This document shows, piece after piece, positions 37,963-48,186 of a DNA stretch of 64,000 nt. The translations under genes and the position numbers were made by a program. The DNA comes from Candidatus Thorarchaeota archaeon. Its GTDB lineage: Archaea > Asgardarchaeota > Thorarchaeia > Thorarchaeales > Thorarchaeaceae. The notes under the pieces are model-generated. The model searched no databases and was not told where the DNA came from. It saw nothing but the letters and a program-made list of their open reading frames with translations. Each line of letters starts with the position of its first letter. Within the stretch, counting starts at the first letter, position 1. The stretch covers positions 32,001 through 96,000 of the forward strand of contig JBHLRS010000005.1 of assembly GCA_048882325.1 (NCBI GenBank), given 5' to 3'.

Positions 37963-40900
37963 GTGTTGTACGGGATGGATATCCGAATTAGAGGTGCCTG
38001 TGAGAACAATCTCAAGTCAGTGGATGTCGATATAGGTGATGGTCTGACTGTGGTCACAGGTGTTAGCGGATCCGGAAAAACTTCTCTTGTCTTTGACACA
38101 CTATATCATGAAGCAAGGAGGAGGTTCCTGGATGTCTTTCGTTCCAGTGGTACACGCTTCAGAATGCCGCCTGCGGACGTTAGGTCAATCAATGGAATAG
38201 GACCAACCATTGCTGTTGGACAAAACCTTCTCAACCTTAATCCAAATTCCACCTTAGCCTCTGCCTCCGGACTACATCCATTCTTTCGATTACTCTTTGC
38301 GAGATTCGGAACCCGCTCCTGTCTGACATGCGGCACGGACCTTCAGGTACTTACAGAGGATGAGATTGTAGGAACAATCAGACAGAATTTGAAGAAGGGC
38401 GCAGTTGAGGTCTCGTCTATCCTCATCCATCAGGCAAAGGGGAGTCACAAGACACTCTTAGAACTACTAGTTTCAGAATTCGATACAAAACAAGTCATTG
38501 TTGATGGAACACTGTGGAATCAGAGGAAACTGCCGCCAAACAAACCTCATGATATCTCGATACTTATTGGTAGATTTGACCAAGACACAGACACCTCTGA
38601 GCTTAGAGAAGCAGTGCAGACAGCGAGAGCTCTTGGTGCTAATTCGGTCACTATCATAGATGACATGTCCAGCAGAACGGTATCAATGAGCAGTATCTGT
38701 GCTCAGTGTGGAACATGGTTTGGTGAGGTTGAACCAAAGCACTTTGGGATGAAATGTATTCACTGTGATGGCAAGAGATGTGAGAAGTGTAAAGATACGG
38801 GACTTCATGAGAAAGCAGCCTCTGTGAAATGGAAAGGGATGTCTTTTCCAGAGTTGATGTCTCTGTCAGTTGCTGAGACTAATCAGCTCTTTGCGGACAC
38901 GGATTTGCCGTCTACAGCAAAACGCCTTCAGACAGAGATAACACGTCGACTTGATGCGTTGATGACTGTAGGGTTGGACTACATCCAGCTTAATCGCTCA
39001 TCTCCAAGTCTCTCACGGGGGGAGTCTCAACGTGTACGACTTGCAGTTTCATTGACGAGTCGTTTGGAGGACATTGTGCATGTGTTAGATGAACCCACAA
39101 TTGGGCAGCACCCAGCAGATGTAGAACGATTGATGCCATCGTTTAGGAAACTAATGGGCCCAGTGATTTTTGTTGAGCATGACAGGGTTGCAGCAGCGCA
39201 GGCGGACCGAGCTATCGACATTGGACCCGGCGCGGGTCAGAAGGGTGGTGAGATTGTCTTCACTGGCACACCCGATGAACTCTGGAATGCACCCACAACT
39301 ACTGGACAATTCTTCAGTCTGGAGAAACGAGTACCTACCTTGGAACCACGCGATCCGCCAGAGGAGTTCATCTCAATCAAGAAGGCAGTTCAACATAATT
39401 TGAAGGCAATAGATGTGGAGATACCCATTAGTCGCCTCACTGTGATCACTGGAAGAAGCGGATCGGGAAAGAGCACACTTGTAGAACATGTTCTGGTACC
39501 ATCTCTTGAGAAAGACCAACCCATTGGGTGCAAGGGTATCATGGGCAGGAAACTCAGTCCTGTCTTAGTAGATCAAAAGCCAATTGGCAAGAACCCAAGA
39601 TCTAATCCAGGGACCTACACAAAATTGTCAGACATTGTGAGAGACCTCTATGCATCTGAAACAGGTTTCTCCGCATCTCACTTCTCATTTAATCGACCAG
39701 AAGGTGCATGTCCAACTTGCAGTGGGATGGGGGCTGTTGAGGTCAAAATGAGATATCTCCCATCAATCTGGATAACATGTTCCGACTGTGAAGGAAAGCG
39801 ATTCAAAGAGGAGGTCTTGGAGTCTCAGGTTAAGTTTGGAGATCTTGAACTCTCGATTGCGGATTTCTACAATCTCTCAATAACCCAGGTTCATTCCATT
39901 CTGTCAGAGGACTCACGACTCAGCGAGAGTAAACGGAAGTCTGCAAAGAGTATCCTTGACGCCCTGGTCACAGTTGGTCTTGGATATCTGAAGTTGGGAC
40001 AGAGCAGTCCGAGCCTTTCGGGAGGGGAAGCTCAGAGGGTCAAATTGACCAAGTATCTCGGAAAGAAGTCGCTAAAGACAAAGTTGCTTATTCTCGATGA
40101 GATTTCAACTGGACTCCACCCTAGAGACCTGTTTGGCCTCCTCACTGTGTTGGACAGGCTCGTCAAAGAAGGAGCTACGATCGTTGTCGTAGAACATAAC
40201 ACAGACATCATCAAGTCAGCAGATTGGATTGTTGATCTTGGCCCCCTAGGAGGTCCTGCTGGTGGAGAGGTTCTATACTCAGGCCCTCCATCCGGTCTCC
40301 GTGATATTGCAGAGTCATATACAGCACAGGCATTGAAGAACGAGGAAAAAGTGAAACCTCGGAAAAAGCCTGTGAAGACCAACATTATGACTGATCTCAT
40401 CAGAATCAAGAAAGCACGAGCCAACAATCTCAGGAACATTAGTGTTGATATCAAGAAATCAAAACTCACAGTTGTCACAGGTATTTCAGGATCGGGAAAA
40501 TCATCTCTAGTCAGGGACGTCTTACAGGCTGAAGCTGAAAGAAGGTTCTTGGAATCACTTTCAGTCTATGAACGTCAAGGAACCAGCGAAGGTCCAGAAG
40601 CACCTGTTGATAGCGTGAGTGGTCTTGGAGTATCTGTGGCTATCTCATCGCGCAGACGACGAGGCGCTGGTTGGTGGGCAGTTTATGAGACTCGTTCCAC
40701 AGTTGGTTCGGTAACTGAGATTTCGCAACAACTCAATGTCCTATACGCAGCAATCGCAGATCGGCTCTGCATGAAATGTGGAACACAGATGGTCCGTTCT
40801 GAGAAGTGGTCATGTCAGAAATGTGGTTTGGAACAGCCTCTTGCTAGTCCACGACTGTTCTCGCCAGCAGTTTATTTCGCAGCCTGCGGGAAATGTAGTG

Positions 40901-42864
40901 GTGTTGGTCATATCAACACACCAGCGGTCGAGAAACTCATCGTCGCACCTGACAAACCACTGTGCAAAGGCGCGATGTATTCTCCCGGTTATTACCCTGG
41001 CAAGTATTTTTGTGATCCAAAAAGCGCAGCCGCTGGATTGTTGATCGCTTTAGGGGAAAAACATGGATTCGATCCACACTCGACTCCTTGGAACGAGATG
41101 TCTGATGAAGCAAGAGATGTGTTTCTCTTTGGAGATTCAGAAAAACTAGCATACTCGTATCTGGGAACACATCGGGGCAAGAGGACGAGGGTTTCTGGCA
41201 AGGGAGCATGGCGAGGTTTTTACCGACTTGTAAGTGACTGGGATGTTGGTCAGACGTTTACAACTCGCATCACCTGCGAACTATGCAATGGAACGGGTCT
41301 CAAGCAGGAATATCTTTCCTTCAAAATAAAGGGTTTCAATGTGCATGAGATGAAGGACAAGACAGTGAGTGAGCTACGCGAAGTTCTGGAAGACGTCGCA
41401 GTTCCAGAGTCAGATGCATTCTATGTATCAGACAATCTACAGACAGCCCTCAAGAGGTTGAGGTTCTTAGAGCAGGTGGGTCTTGGTTATATTCATCTGA
41501 ACAGACAAGCCATAACCCTTTCAGCCGGAGAATCTCAACGCATTGTCCTCTCTAGTCTGTTAGGGAGCGGTCTCACATCACTCACGATTCTCTTGGACGA
41601 ACCATCTCGAGGAATGCATCCCTCTGAAATTAACAGTCTGGTTCAGGCACTGCAGGAGCTGAAGAAAGAAGGCAACACTCCAATTGTTGTTGAGCATGAC
41701 CTAGGAGTTATCATGGCGGCTGATGAGCTGATTGACATGGGTCCAAGAGCTGGGACTGGGGGAGGGAGGATTGTTGCAATCGGCAGTCCTACGGATGTGG
41801 CAAAGGGAGATTCTATCACTGCAAAGTGGTTGAATGGAGATAGGAGGATTGACATATCCGACAATGTGAGAACACCAATTGCATGGATGAAAATCAAAGG
41901 AGCAAGGGGTAATAACCTCAAGAATCTGTCAATCGACATTCCTTTGGGAGTCCTTGTTGGTTTTTGCGGAGTGTCTGGTTCAGGAAAAAGCACACTTCTA
42001 ATTGACACACTCGCTCGTGCATTAGCTCCGAAGAAGTTCACAACCTCAGTCGCATATGAGGAAATTGAACCTGAGGATTATGACAGGATTTCTGATTCTC
42101 CTGACAGTGTAATAGTACTAGATCAAGGTCGGAGAGGAATTCGTTCACCAGGACAGGCTTTGGGAGTCCTGAAATCACTAGTTGATGTATATGCTGACAG
42201 TGAGGATGCTGTTTCCCTTGGTATGGACAAAAAAAGACTCTCTGAGCCTTGTTCATTGTGTGAGGGCACCGGGCGGCTGCGGACTGACCTTGGGTTTCTA
42301 CCAACAGTGTATACGACATGTGAGGTATGTAGTGGAAGTGGTAGGTCCCCCGAAACTTGGGATGTGAAGATGTTTGGTGTTTCTCTTCCTGAATTAAACA
42401 GTCTGACTCTGGGAGAGATATACGAACTCTTCAAGTACGATGAGCGTATCGAGAAAAAACTCCGACCTGCACTCGACGTTGGACTTGACTATCTTGTACT
42501 CAGACAACCAAGTTGGACTTTGTCAGGGGGAGAGATTCAACGGTTGAAGATAGCACAGGAGTTGACCAAAAAGACTCAGAAAGGTGCACTCTTCATCCTT
42601 GATGAACCCACTGTTGGTCAGCACCTCGAGGATGTTAAACGTCTGATTGAAGTGCTGCAACGATTAGTGACTGCTGGCAACAGTGTTTTTGTCATAGAAC
42701 ATCACCCACATGTCCTTGCCGCGTGTGACTGGTTGATCGAGCTTGGTCCAAGGGGAGGTCCGAAAGGGGGATACGTGATCGCAGAGGGGAGTCCGTGGGA
42801 AATTAGGAAAATGATGACGCCTACAGCTCCATATATACAAGAGGTTCTGGAGGGATTGTTATGA
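37963..42864 (+). CDS. Double-length UvrA-like ABC ATPase (two fused UvrA units)
   Basis: Four Walker A motifs (GVSGSGKT, GRSGSGKS, GISGSGKS, GVSGSGKS), four signatures (LSRGE, LSGGE, LSAGE, LSGGE), multiple CxxC fingers, NPRSNPGTY, FSFN..EGAC. Confidence 0.92.
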   Translation: MLYGMDIRIRGACENNLKSVDVDIGDGLTVVTGVSGSGKTSLVFDTLYHEARRRFLDVFRSSGTRFRMPPADVRSINGIGPTIAVGQNLLNLNPNSTLASASGLHPFFRLLFARFGTRSCLTCGTDLQVLTEDEIVGTIRQNLKKGAVEVSSILIHQAKGSHKTLLELLVSEFDTKQVIVDGTLWNQRKLPPNKPHDISILIGRFDQDTDTSELREAVQTARALGANSVTIIDDMSSRTVSMSSICAQCGTWFGEVEPKHFGMKCIHCDGKRCEKCKDTGLHEKAASVKWKGMSFPELMSLSVAETNQLFADTDLPSTAKRLQTEITRRLDALMTVGLDYIQLNRSSPSLSRGESQRVRLAVSLTSRLEDIVHVLDEPTIGQHPADVERLMPSFRKLMGPVIFVEHDRVAAAQADRAIDIGPGAGQKGGEIVFTGTPDELWNAPTTTGQFFSLEKRVPTLEPRDPPEEFISIKKAVQHNLKAIDVEIPISRLTVITGRSGSGKSTLVEHVLVPSLEKDQPIGCKGIMGRKLSPVLVDQKPIGKNPRSNPGTYTKLSDIVRDLYASETGFSASHFSFNRPEGACPTCSGMGAVEVKMRYLPSIWITCSDCEGKRFKEEVLESQVKFGDLELSIADFYNLSITQVHSILSEDSRLSESKRKSAKSILDALVTVGLGYLKLGQSSPSLSGGEAQRVKLTKYLGKKSLKTKLLILDEISTGLHPRDLFGLLTVLDRLVKEGATIVVVEHNTDIIKSADWIVDLGPLGGPAGGEVLYSGPPSGLRDIAESYTAQALKNEEKVKPRKKPVKTNIMTDLIRIKKARANNLRNISVDIKKSKLTVVTGISGSGKSSLVRDVLQAEAERRFLESLSVYERQGTSEGPEAPVDSVSGLGVSVAISSRRRRGAGWWAVYETRSTVGSVTEISQQLNVLYAAIADRLCMKCGTQMVRSEKWSCQKCGLEQPLASPRLFSPAVYFAACGKCSGVGHINTPAVEKLIVAPDKPLCKGAMYSPGYYPGKYFCDPKSAAAGLLIALGEKHGFDPHSTPWNEMSDEARDVFLFGDSEKLAYSYLGTHRGKRTRVSGKGAWRGFYRLVSDWDVGQTFTTRITCELCNGTGLKQEYLSFKIKGFNVHEMKDKTVSELREVLEDVAVPESDAFYVSDNLQTALKRLRFLEQVGLGYIHLNRQAITLSAGESQRIVLSSLLGSGLTSLTILLDEPSRGMHPSEINSLVQALQELKKEGNTPIVVEHDLGVIMAADELIDMGPRAGTGGGRIVAIGSPTDVAKGDSITAKWLNGDRRIDISDNVRTPIAWMKIKGARGNNLKNLSIDIPLGVLVGFCGVSGSGKSTLLIDTLARALAPKKFTTSVAYEEIEPEDYDRISDSPDSVIVLDQGRRGIRSPGQALGVLKSLVDVYADSEDAVSLGMDKKRLSEPCSLCEGTGRLRTDLGFLPTVYTTCEVCSGSGRSPETWDVKMFGVSLPELNSLTLGEIYELFKYDERIEKKLRPALDVGLDYLVLRQPSWTLSGGEIQRLKIAQELTKKTQKGALFILDEPTVGQHLEDVKRLIEVLQRLVTAGNSVFVIEHHPHVLAACDWLIELGPRGGPKGGYVIAEGSPWEIRKMMTPTAPYIQEVLEGLL

Positions 42865-43898
42865 CTTGGGTTCCTCTTCTGCTAGCGGACAGGTCTCCCA
42901 GCCTTCGTTACTTGGTTCTCACGGAGCTACTAGGTCGAGATCCTGAGGATACAGAGGTTCAAGAGCTCAAGAAACTCAGAAGCGAGGATGCATTAATTGC
43001 CACACTCATTAGCCTTCAGAAAGAAAAAGGTAACTGGAAGAATCTAGATCAAGCAGGGTATACTATTGGGGGTTCTGTGAGAGCAACAAGTGCAGCACTC
43101 ATGCGACTAGGTTACCTAGGATTGGGAAACGACAATCCAGTTATCGAGAGAGCTGCAGAGTATCTTTTCTCGAAGCAACGAAAAGATGGATCATGGCCAC
43201 TCCCTGAGAGGGTCTCTGATTATGAATTTACACAAGGTCCTTACACAATGACACCCGTCCAGACATCGATCCCACTTCTTGGACTAGTCATGTGTGGTTA
43301 TGGTGGAGATCCACGTGCAGAGCTGGCCTTCGATTGGCTGATGGAAAAACGCAATGATGACGGGACATGGCCTGCTGGTAAGGTGGGAGAGGTCAATGTG
43401 CGGATTGCAGGATATAGAAGACTCTCACATTCAAAATTAGGTTGTCGGACAAACACAACAAATGCACTCCTTTGTCTGGCATATCACCCAGTACGACGGA
43501 GAAGTTCAGAGGCACGTCAGGCACTTGATCACCTTCTTGGTAGGGAAACCCGAGAGCGAAACAACCTTGGATTCAATGTTGCGAGATATATCGGAGTGGA
43601 ACCTCATCGGGGAGCTCTGACATATCATGCCAAGTTCGATCTCGCATTGATTCTTGATATCTGTTCAAAGGTCGGTGCCAACCGATCCGACCCACGAGTC
43701 GAGGACCTTATCGATTGGATTTTAGAGCAGCAAGGACAGTACGGTCTGTGGGAGTACACACCACATCCGGAAGTTACTCGCTGGATTTCTTTTGACATAC
43801 TTAGGACACTTGGCAAAATTGATGACTCAACGGATTGGATCAGCACTAAAAAGAGGAAACACTTTGCAGCTTATCCACACAAAAAGAGACGGTTCTAG
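42861..43898 (+). CDS. Prenyltransferase/squalene-cyclase-repeat (alpha/alpha barrel) protein
   Basis: QW repeats QKEKGNW, QRKDGSW, RNDDGTW, QGQYGLW; ATGA overlap with the UvrA-like gene. Confidence 0.8.
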   Translation: MTWVPLLLADRSPSLRYLVLTELLGRDPEDTEVQELKKLRSEDALIATLISLQKEKGNWKNLDQAGYTIGGSVRATSAALMRLGYLGLGNDNPVIERAAEYLFSKQRKDGSWPLPERVSDYEFTQGPYTMTPVQTSIPLLGLVMCGYGGDPRAELAFDWLMEKRNDDGTWPAGKVGEVNVRIAGYRRLSHSKLGCRTNTTNALLCLAYHPVRRRSSEARQALDHLLGRETRERNNLGFNVARYIGVEPHRGALTYHAKFDLALILDICSKVGANRSDPRVEDLIDWILEQQGQYGLWEYTPHPEVTRWISFDILRTLGKIDDSTDWISTKKRKHFAAYPHKKRRF

Positions 43899-43951
43899 TG
43901 CAATCATTTTTCAGAGATGGTGTCAGGTCAAATCAGGGAGAGCTCAACACA

Positions 43952-44269
43952 ATGAGTATTCAGGATAAGTTCGAAGACGAAATGAAGGATATCTGCTCAG
44001 AGTATGCAAACTTACTCAGGCAGAAGAAACTGATTGATGAGCAGTTGGAAACGCTTCATGACTATCTCGAGGTCACCATGCGTAAGTATGATAAAGATGA
44101 GTACGATGACCCAAAGATTCCAGTGGTAGTAGACAAGATAGTCTATACAAGTGAAAGGATGAGAAAGGGAGGGAAAATCAAACTCAAGGAGATACTAACT
44201 CCAAAACAATGGACTGAGATCTACAAAGAAAAGGAGGTTGTCAGTTACAGGGTTTCACTTCGAGAATAG
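43952..44269 (+). CDS. Hypothetical protein with N-terminal coiled coil
   Basis: Track ORF 43898-44269; ATG at 43952 preceded by GGGAG. Confidence 0.6.
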   Translation: MSIQDKFEDEMKDICSEYANLLRQKKLIDEQLETLHDYLEVTMRKYDKDEYDDPKIPVVVDKIVYTSERMRKGGKIKLKEILTPKQWTEIYKEKEVVSYRVSLRE

Positions 44270-44807
44270 AGAGATGGTGTTGATGAGTGTTAATCGAATT
44301 GCAGAGCATCTTATCGACCAGTTCAACAGAAGTTGGAAGATGCTGCGACAAGCTATTGAAAACGTGCCAGAGGAGAAATGGACTGAACACGTCGAATCCA
44401 TTGACGTGCCCTGGAACGAAACAAAAGGAATGAATGTCTGGTATTTTTCAAATATCGTCTATCATGTCATACAAACGGTCGAGTTCTACGCTTTGGATGA
44501 TCCTGATGACATGAGATGGGGACATAGGATTGGTGGGATTGATTGGAAATCAGAGAGTCCAGAGGTGACATCATCGAAAATCAAGAAGAATGACATGCTT
44601 GAATATATGGAGGAAACTATGACATTCTTGAATGATAAATTGAGGTCCTTCTCAGAGGACGAAATGTTTGAGGCAGATGGGTTTAGTGGATGGCAAGACT
44701 CTCGTTTGATGAAGTTCGTCTATACTCTACGACACAGTATGTGGCACATAGGTGAACTTGGTAGGTCCTTGAGAAACTTTGAGTGTAATCGAATCACATG
44801 GCATTAG
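44238..44807 (+). CDS. DinB family protein (start probably 44283)
   Basis: QF..SW.ML..AIE..P...W, YH, LRHSMWHIGEL. Confidence 0.8.
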   Translation: MSVTGFHFENREMVLMSVNRIAEHLIDQFNRSWKMLRQAIENVPEEKWTEHVESIDVPWNETKGMNVWYFSNIVYHVIQTVEFYALDDPDDMRWGHRIGGIDWKSESPEVTSSKIKKNDMLEYMEETMTFLNDKLRSFSEDEMFEADGFSGWQDSRLMKFVYTLRHSMWHIGELGRSLRNFECNRITWH

Positions 44808-44895
44808 ATATTAGATGATGTGCTAGGTACAATCATGGATTGATATCATTTCCCTTCTTTCTCTTCATAAACAGGCACACAAGTAGATACTAGGT

Positions 44896-46011
44896 TTGAT
44901 AAGGAGTCTGAGGTTAAGTTTGATGAGGAGAAATAATATGGCGAGATATGAGTTGGAGAATAAAGCAGACTTTGTCCCAGCTTGGATATCATATCTCTCA
45001 ACAGCAACAGGGATTCTGAAGGCGCTGGGAGTGAAAACGGATCTTGTTGATGTTGGTGGTTACACTGGGTATGCATTTCATCTTAACACTGCAGAACACT
45101 CAACGTGTCCATCCGCTCCAACTGTAGCTCCCTTTGACAAGTTCTCTGAAGGTTTGGAATCATTCGGGTGGAAAATAAAGCAAACTTGGGACAGACCAGG
45201 CAAGGATTATAGCCCAAGTGACAATGAAAAGCAGAAAGAGAGAGCAAGGAACTACTTTTCAGAGGTTAAAGACACTATCAGGAAAACTGGAAGACCTATC
45301 GGGATCTGGGGGATACCTGAGATACCGGAGTTTGGTATTGTAAATGGATTTGATGATGATAATTACATTGTGAGCACATTTCGAAGTCTACCACACATTC
45401 CTGTGGATGATAGTCCAATACATCACTTGAATCTAAATGCGCCAGGTGGTCTCTTCAAGATGGTCTTCGGTGATTCCTTTAAGGCTAGGGGTGATGTGAT
45501 TCGAGATAGAGAAGCTGTTGCTCGAGGTATTTCCATAGCCAAGGGTCTGGAGAAAGTTGAGGGATACATTTCAGGACCAGAAGCATTTGATGACTGGGCA
45601 AATACATTAGAAGAAGGGATTGTCGCTGGGTCAGAGAAAGAAAGCAAGGATATGAGGGGAGCAACCCAACTTATGTACCATGGAAACGCGTATGTAGCGC
45701 AGTGTACACAAGAAGGTCTTAATCTTGCGTCTGTTTTCCTAGAACGATTAGCGGATAGACATAGGAACCATTCATTTAGCAAGAACCTAGCCAAAGCCTC
45801 AATTGAATATAGGAAAGCTGCAGTTGCGATGCAGGATTTCACTGAGTTATTCCCATTCAGCCATGATAAAGACTGGAAGCCTGATGAGTTCCCAGATGAT
45901 AAAAAGCAGAAAGGAGCTAGAAGTCTAAGGAATGCCAAACCTCATGTTGAATCAGCTATTCAGCATATGGAAGATGCACTGAAGATGTGGAGTAAGAAAC
46001 CTCTCAATTGA
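44896..46011 (+). CDS. Hypothetical protein, BtrH-N-like (start probably 44938)
   Basis: GYTGYAF...CPS, I...GRP...WG..PEFGIVNGFDD, SG.EAFD.W pattern. Confidence 0.6.
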   Translation: MIRSLRLSLMRRNNMARYELENKADFVPAWISYLSTATGILKALGVKTDLVDVGGYTGYAFHLNTAEHSTCPSAPTVAPFDKFSEGLESFGWKIKQTWDRPGKDYSPSDNEKQKERARNYFSEVKDTIRKTGRPIGIWGIPEIPEFGIVNGFDDDNYIVSTFRSLPHIPVDDSPIHHLNLNAPGGLFKMVFGDSFKARGDVIRDREAVARGISIAKGLEKVEGYISGPEAFDDWANTLEEGIVAGSEKESKDMRGATQLMYHGNAYVAQCTQEGLNLASVFLERLADRHRNHSFSKNLAKASIEYRKAAVAMQDFTELFPFSHDKDWKPDEFPDDKKQKGARSLRNAKPHVESAIQHMEDALKMWSKKPLN

Positions 46012-46018
46012 TACTCTC

Positions 46019-46915
46019 TTGAATGCGCAAAGGATTCAGGTACCTCTGAATGTCCTCAATCAACTCGGTTTTACTGAGAGAGGTAAACTTTACACAGAGT
46101 TCTTGCAAGCGTCGATAGGTGGTAAGCCATTGAGTGATGCTTCAATCAGAATAGCTCCAGCAGAACTTGAAGATGCTGAAACTCTTACAGACATCTGTAT
46201 CAGAGCGTTTCATAGTGATATTGATTTTGGGACAGATGGGGAAGGTGGCCCCCCGGGTTACGACTCTGTTGATTGGAACGGACAACGAATCGTAGGGAAA
46301 TTTGTTGACTACTACAAAATTCTGCTTGATGACACCATTGTTGGAGGATTCATCTCAGGCTGGAGGAGGACAGGATATAATGTCTGCGAGCGAATATATG
46401 TTGATCCTGAAACACAGAGAGAAGGAATAGGTAGTCGCACTTTCGAACTCATATGGGACCGCTATCCAAGAGCTCAGAGGTGGACACTTGGGACTCCGGA
46501 ATGGAACACTCGAACTAAGAACTTCTATGAGAAGGTCGGGTTCACTCAGATTGGATTCACATATGATGTACCAGACTGGAGAGGTCGTTTTTATGAAAAG
46601 ATCGTGTCTAGTGAGAGTCCCCTACAGGTCACAGCAGACCTTGAGGAGGGGATGAATAGAGTAGTCATTGATGGGGAGATAAGAAACCTGTCATCGACAA
46701 GAGAGGTCCGCTCGAGGTCTGGAGATCCGCTCCAAGTAGCAGAAGCAGAGTTGGTCGATGATGAAGGCTCAATATCGCTTGTGCTTTGGAATGAGCATAT
46801 ACGTCAGGTCAATTCTGATAGAGTGCGAGTGGAAAGCGGGTTTGTCAAGAGGTATAGAGACAAATTGCAATTGAGCATAGGAAAGTGGGGTCTAATTATC
46901 TCATTAATTTCATAA
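46019..46915 (+). CDS. GNAT acetyltransferase fused to an SSB/RPA-like OB fold (start probably near 46130)
   Basis: IYVDPETQREGIG, NFYEKVGF; C-terminal REV...VAEAELVDDEGSISLVLW...V.VESGFV..YR.KLQLSIG. Confidence 0.85.
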   Translation: MNAQRIQVPLNVLNQLGFTERGKLYTEFLQASIGGKPLSDASIRIAPAELEDAETLTDICIRAFHSDIDFGTDGEGGPPGYDSVDWNGQRIVGKFVDYYKILLDDTIVGGFISGWRRTGYNVCERIYVDPETQREGIGSRTFELIWDRYPRAQRWTLGTPEWNTRTKNFYEKVGFTQIGFTYDVPDWRGRFYEKIVSSESPLQVTADLEEGMNRVVIDGEIRNLSSTREVRSRSGDPLQVAEAELVDDEGSISLVLWNEHIRQVNSDRVRVESGFVKRYRDKLQLSIGKWGLIISLIS

Positions 46916-46953
46916 TGAGTGACAAAGAATAGAGGATTGTGAGCTGATCATAA

Positions 46954-48183
46954 ATGTTTGAGGTACCGATTGAAAAGGCTCGGAGATTCATCCTTGATGT
47001 ACAAGGTCTCAGAACTTCAAAACCCTGTAAGTCTGTGATGGATGTAGCTAATCGTATTCACAACATCCAGATAGATACAATATCTGTAGTTTCACGTAGC
47101 CATAACCTTATCACCTTCAATCGATTCCCGAACTACAAGGAAGGAGATATCTGGAAGCTTCAGAAAGAGGGAAAGCTATTCGAGTATTGGTCCCATGCGG
47201 CATGTCTAATGCCGATGGAAACATATCCGTTCTACGCTTGGAGGAGGTCATTCTTCCCAGAGGAACTATGGGATTCTTTCAGAAAGTGGGGTGAAGAGAA
47301 TAAGGAGGTCATTGAAGAAGTATACAAGAAAGTGAAGAAAGAGGGTGTAATCAATAGCGCCTCTGTAGGAGAACGCAAGACAAAGTCAAGCGGATGGTGG
47401 GATTGGAAGATTGAGAAACGAGCTCTTGAGTATCTCTATACTAATGGAAGACTAATGGTTGCATATAGAAATAACTTCCAGAAGCATTATGACTTAGCAG
47501 AGAGGGTTATCCCAGCAGGTATCAGCACAGAACCTCTGACGGATGATGAAGCTGCAGAATTTCTTTTGGACACAATATTGGGTTCCCTGGGTCTTGGCAG
47601 TCAGATGGATATGAAGTCGTATCTCGGTAGACTTCCAGCTAGGAAACTATGGAATGGCAAAAAGTCAGAGATAGAATCATTTCTTGAGCAAAAAATGAAT
47701 GAGGGACGCATTGAGGAGGTCTCAATCGAAGGCATGAATGAACGATTCTTTATTCATAAGAATCATGAGAAACGATTGAGGTCGATTGCTATCTTACCAC
47801 AAGAAGAGGACCCAGTTAAGTTTCTGAGTCCCTTCGATAATATAGTCCGTGAGAGACACTATCCTGGGCAGATGTGGAATTTTGAATACAAGATTGAATG
47901 CTATGTACCTGAACCTCGGCGAATCTATGGGTACTTTGTTCTACCGATTCTTGATGGGAATAATCTTTCTGGCAGGATGGATGCAAAAGTGCATCGTAAC
48001 ACTGGGGTTCTAGAGATCAAGTCTTTGTATTTAGAAAAAGAAACCATCCAGAAGGAGATGGGCCTTGATCGTTTCAGAAGAGGTGTTGTTGACTTCGCAG
48101 AGTTCCATTCATGCGAGGAAGTAAAGGTGGGTAAAGTGAGTCCGAGGAAGTCAACTAACACTGTCCGTTCACTCTTCACTTGA
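46954..48183 (+). CDS. YcaQ/AlkZ family (HTH_42) DNA glycosylase
   Basis: IQIDTISVVSRSH (QxD), FEYWSH.AC, GWWDWK, LSPFDN, YKIECYVP...R.YGYFVLPIL, GRMDAK. Confidence 0.92.
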   Translation: MFEVPIEKARRFILDVQGLRTSKPCKSVMDVANRIHNIQIDTISVVSRSHNLITFNRFPNYKEGDIWKLQKEGKLFEYWSHAACLMPMETYPFYAWRRSFFPEELWDSFRKWGEENKEVIEEVYKKVKKEGVINSASVGERKTKSSGWWDWKIEKRALEYLYTNGRLMVAYRNNFQKHYDLAERVIPAGISTEPLTDDEAAEFLLDTILGSLGLGSQMDMKSYLGRLPARKLWNGKKSEIESFLEQKMNEGRIEEVSIEGMNERFFIHKNHEKRLRSIAILPQEEDPVKFLSPFDNIVRERHYPGQMWNFEYKIECYVPEPRRIYGYFVLPILDGNNLSGRMDAKVHRNTGVLEIKSLYLEKETIQKEMGLDRFRRGVVDFAEFHSCEEVKVGKVSPRKSTNTVRSLFT

Positions 48184-48186
48184 GGA

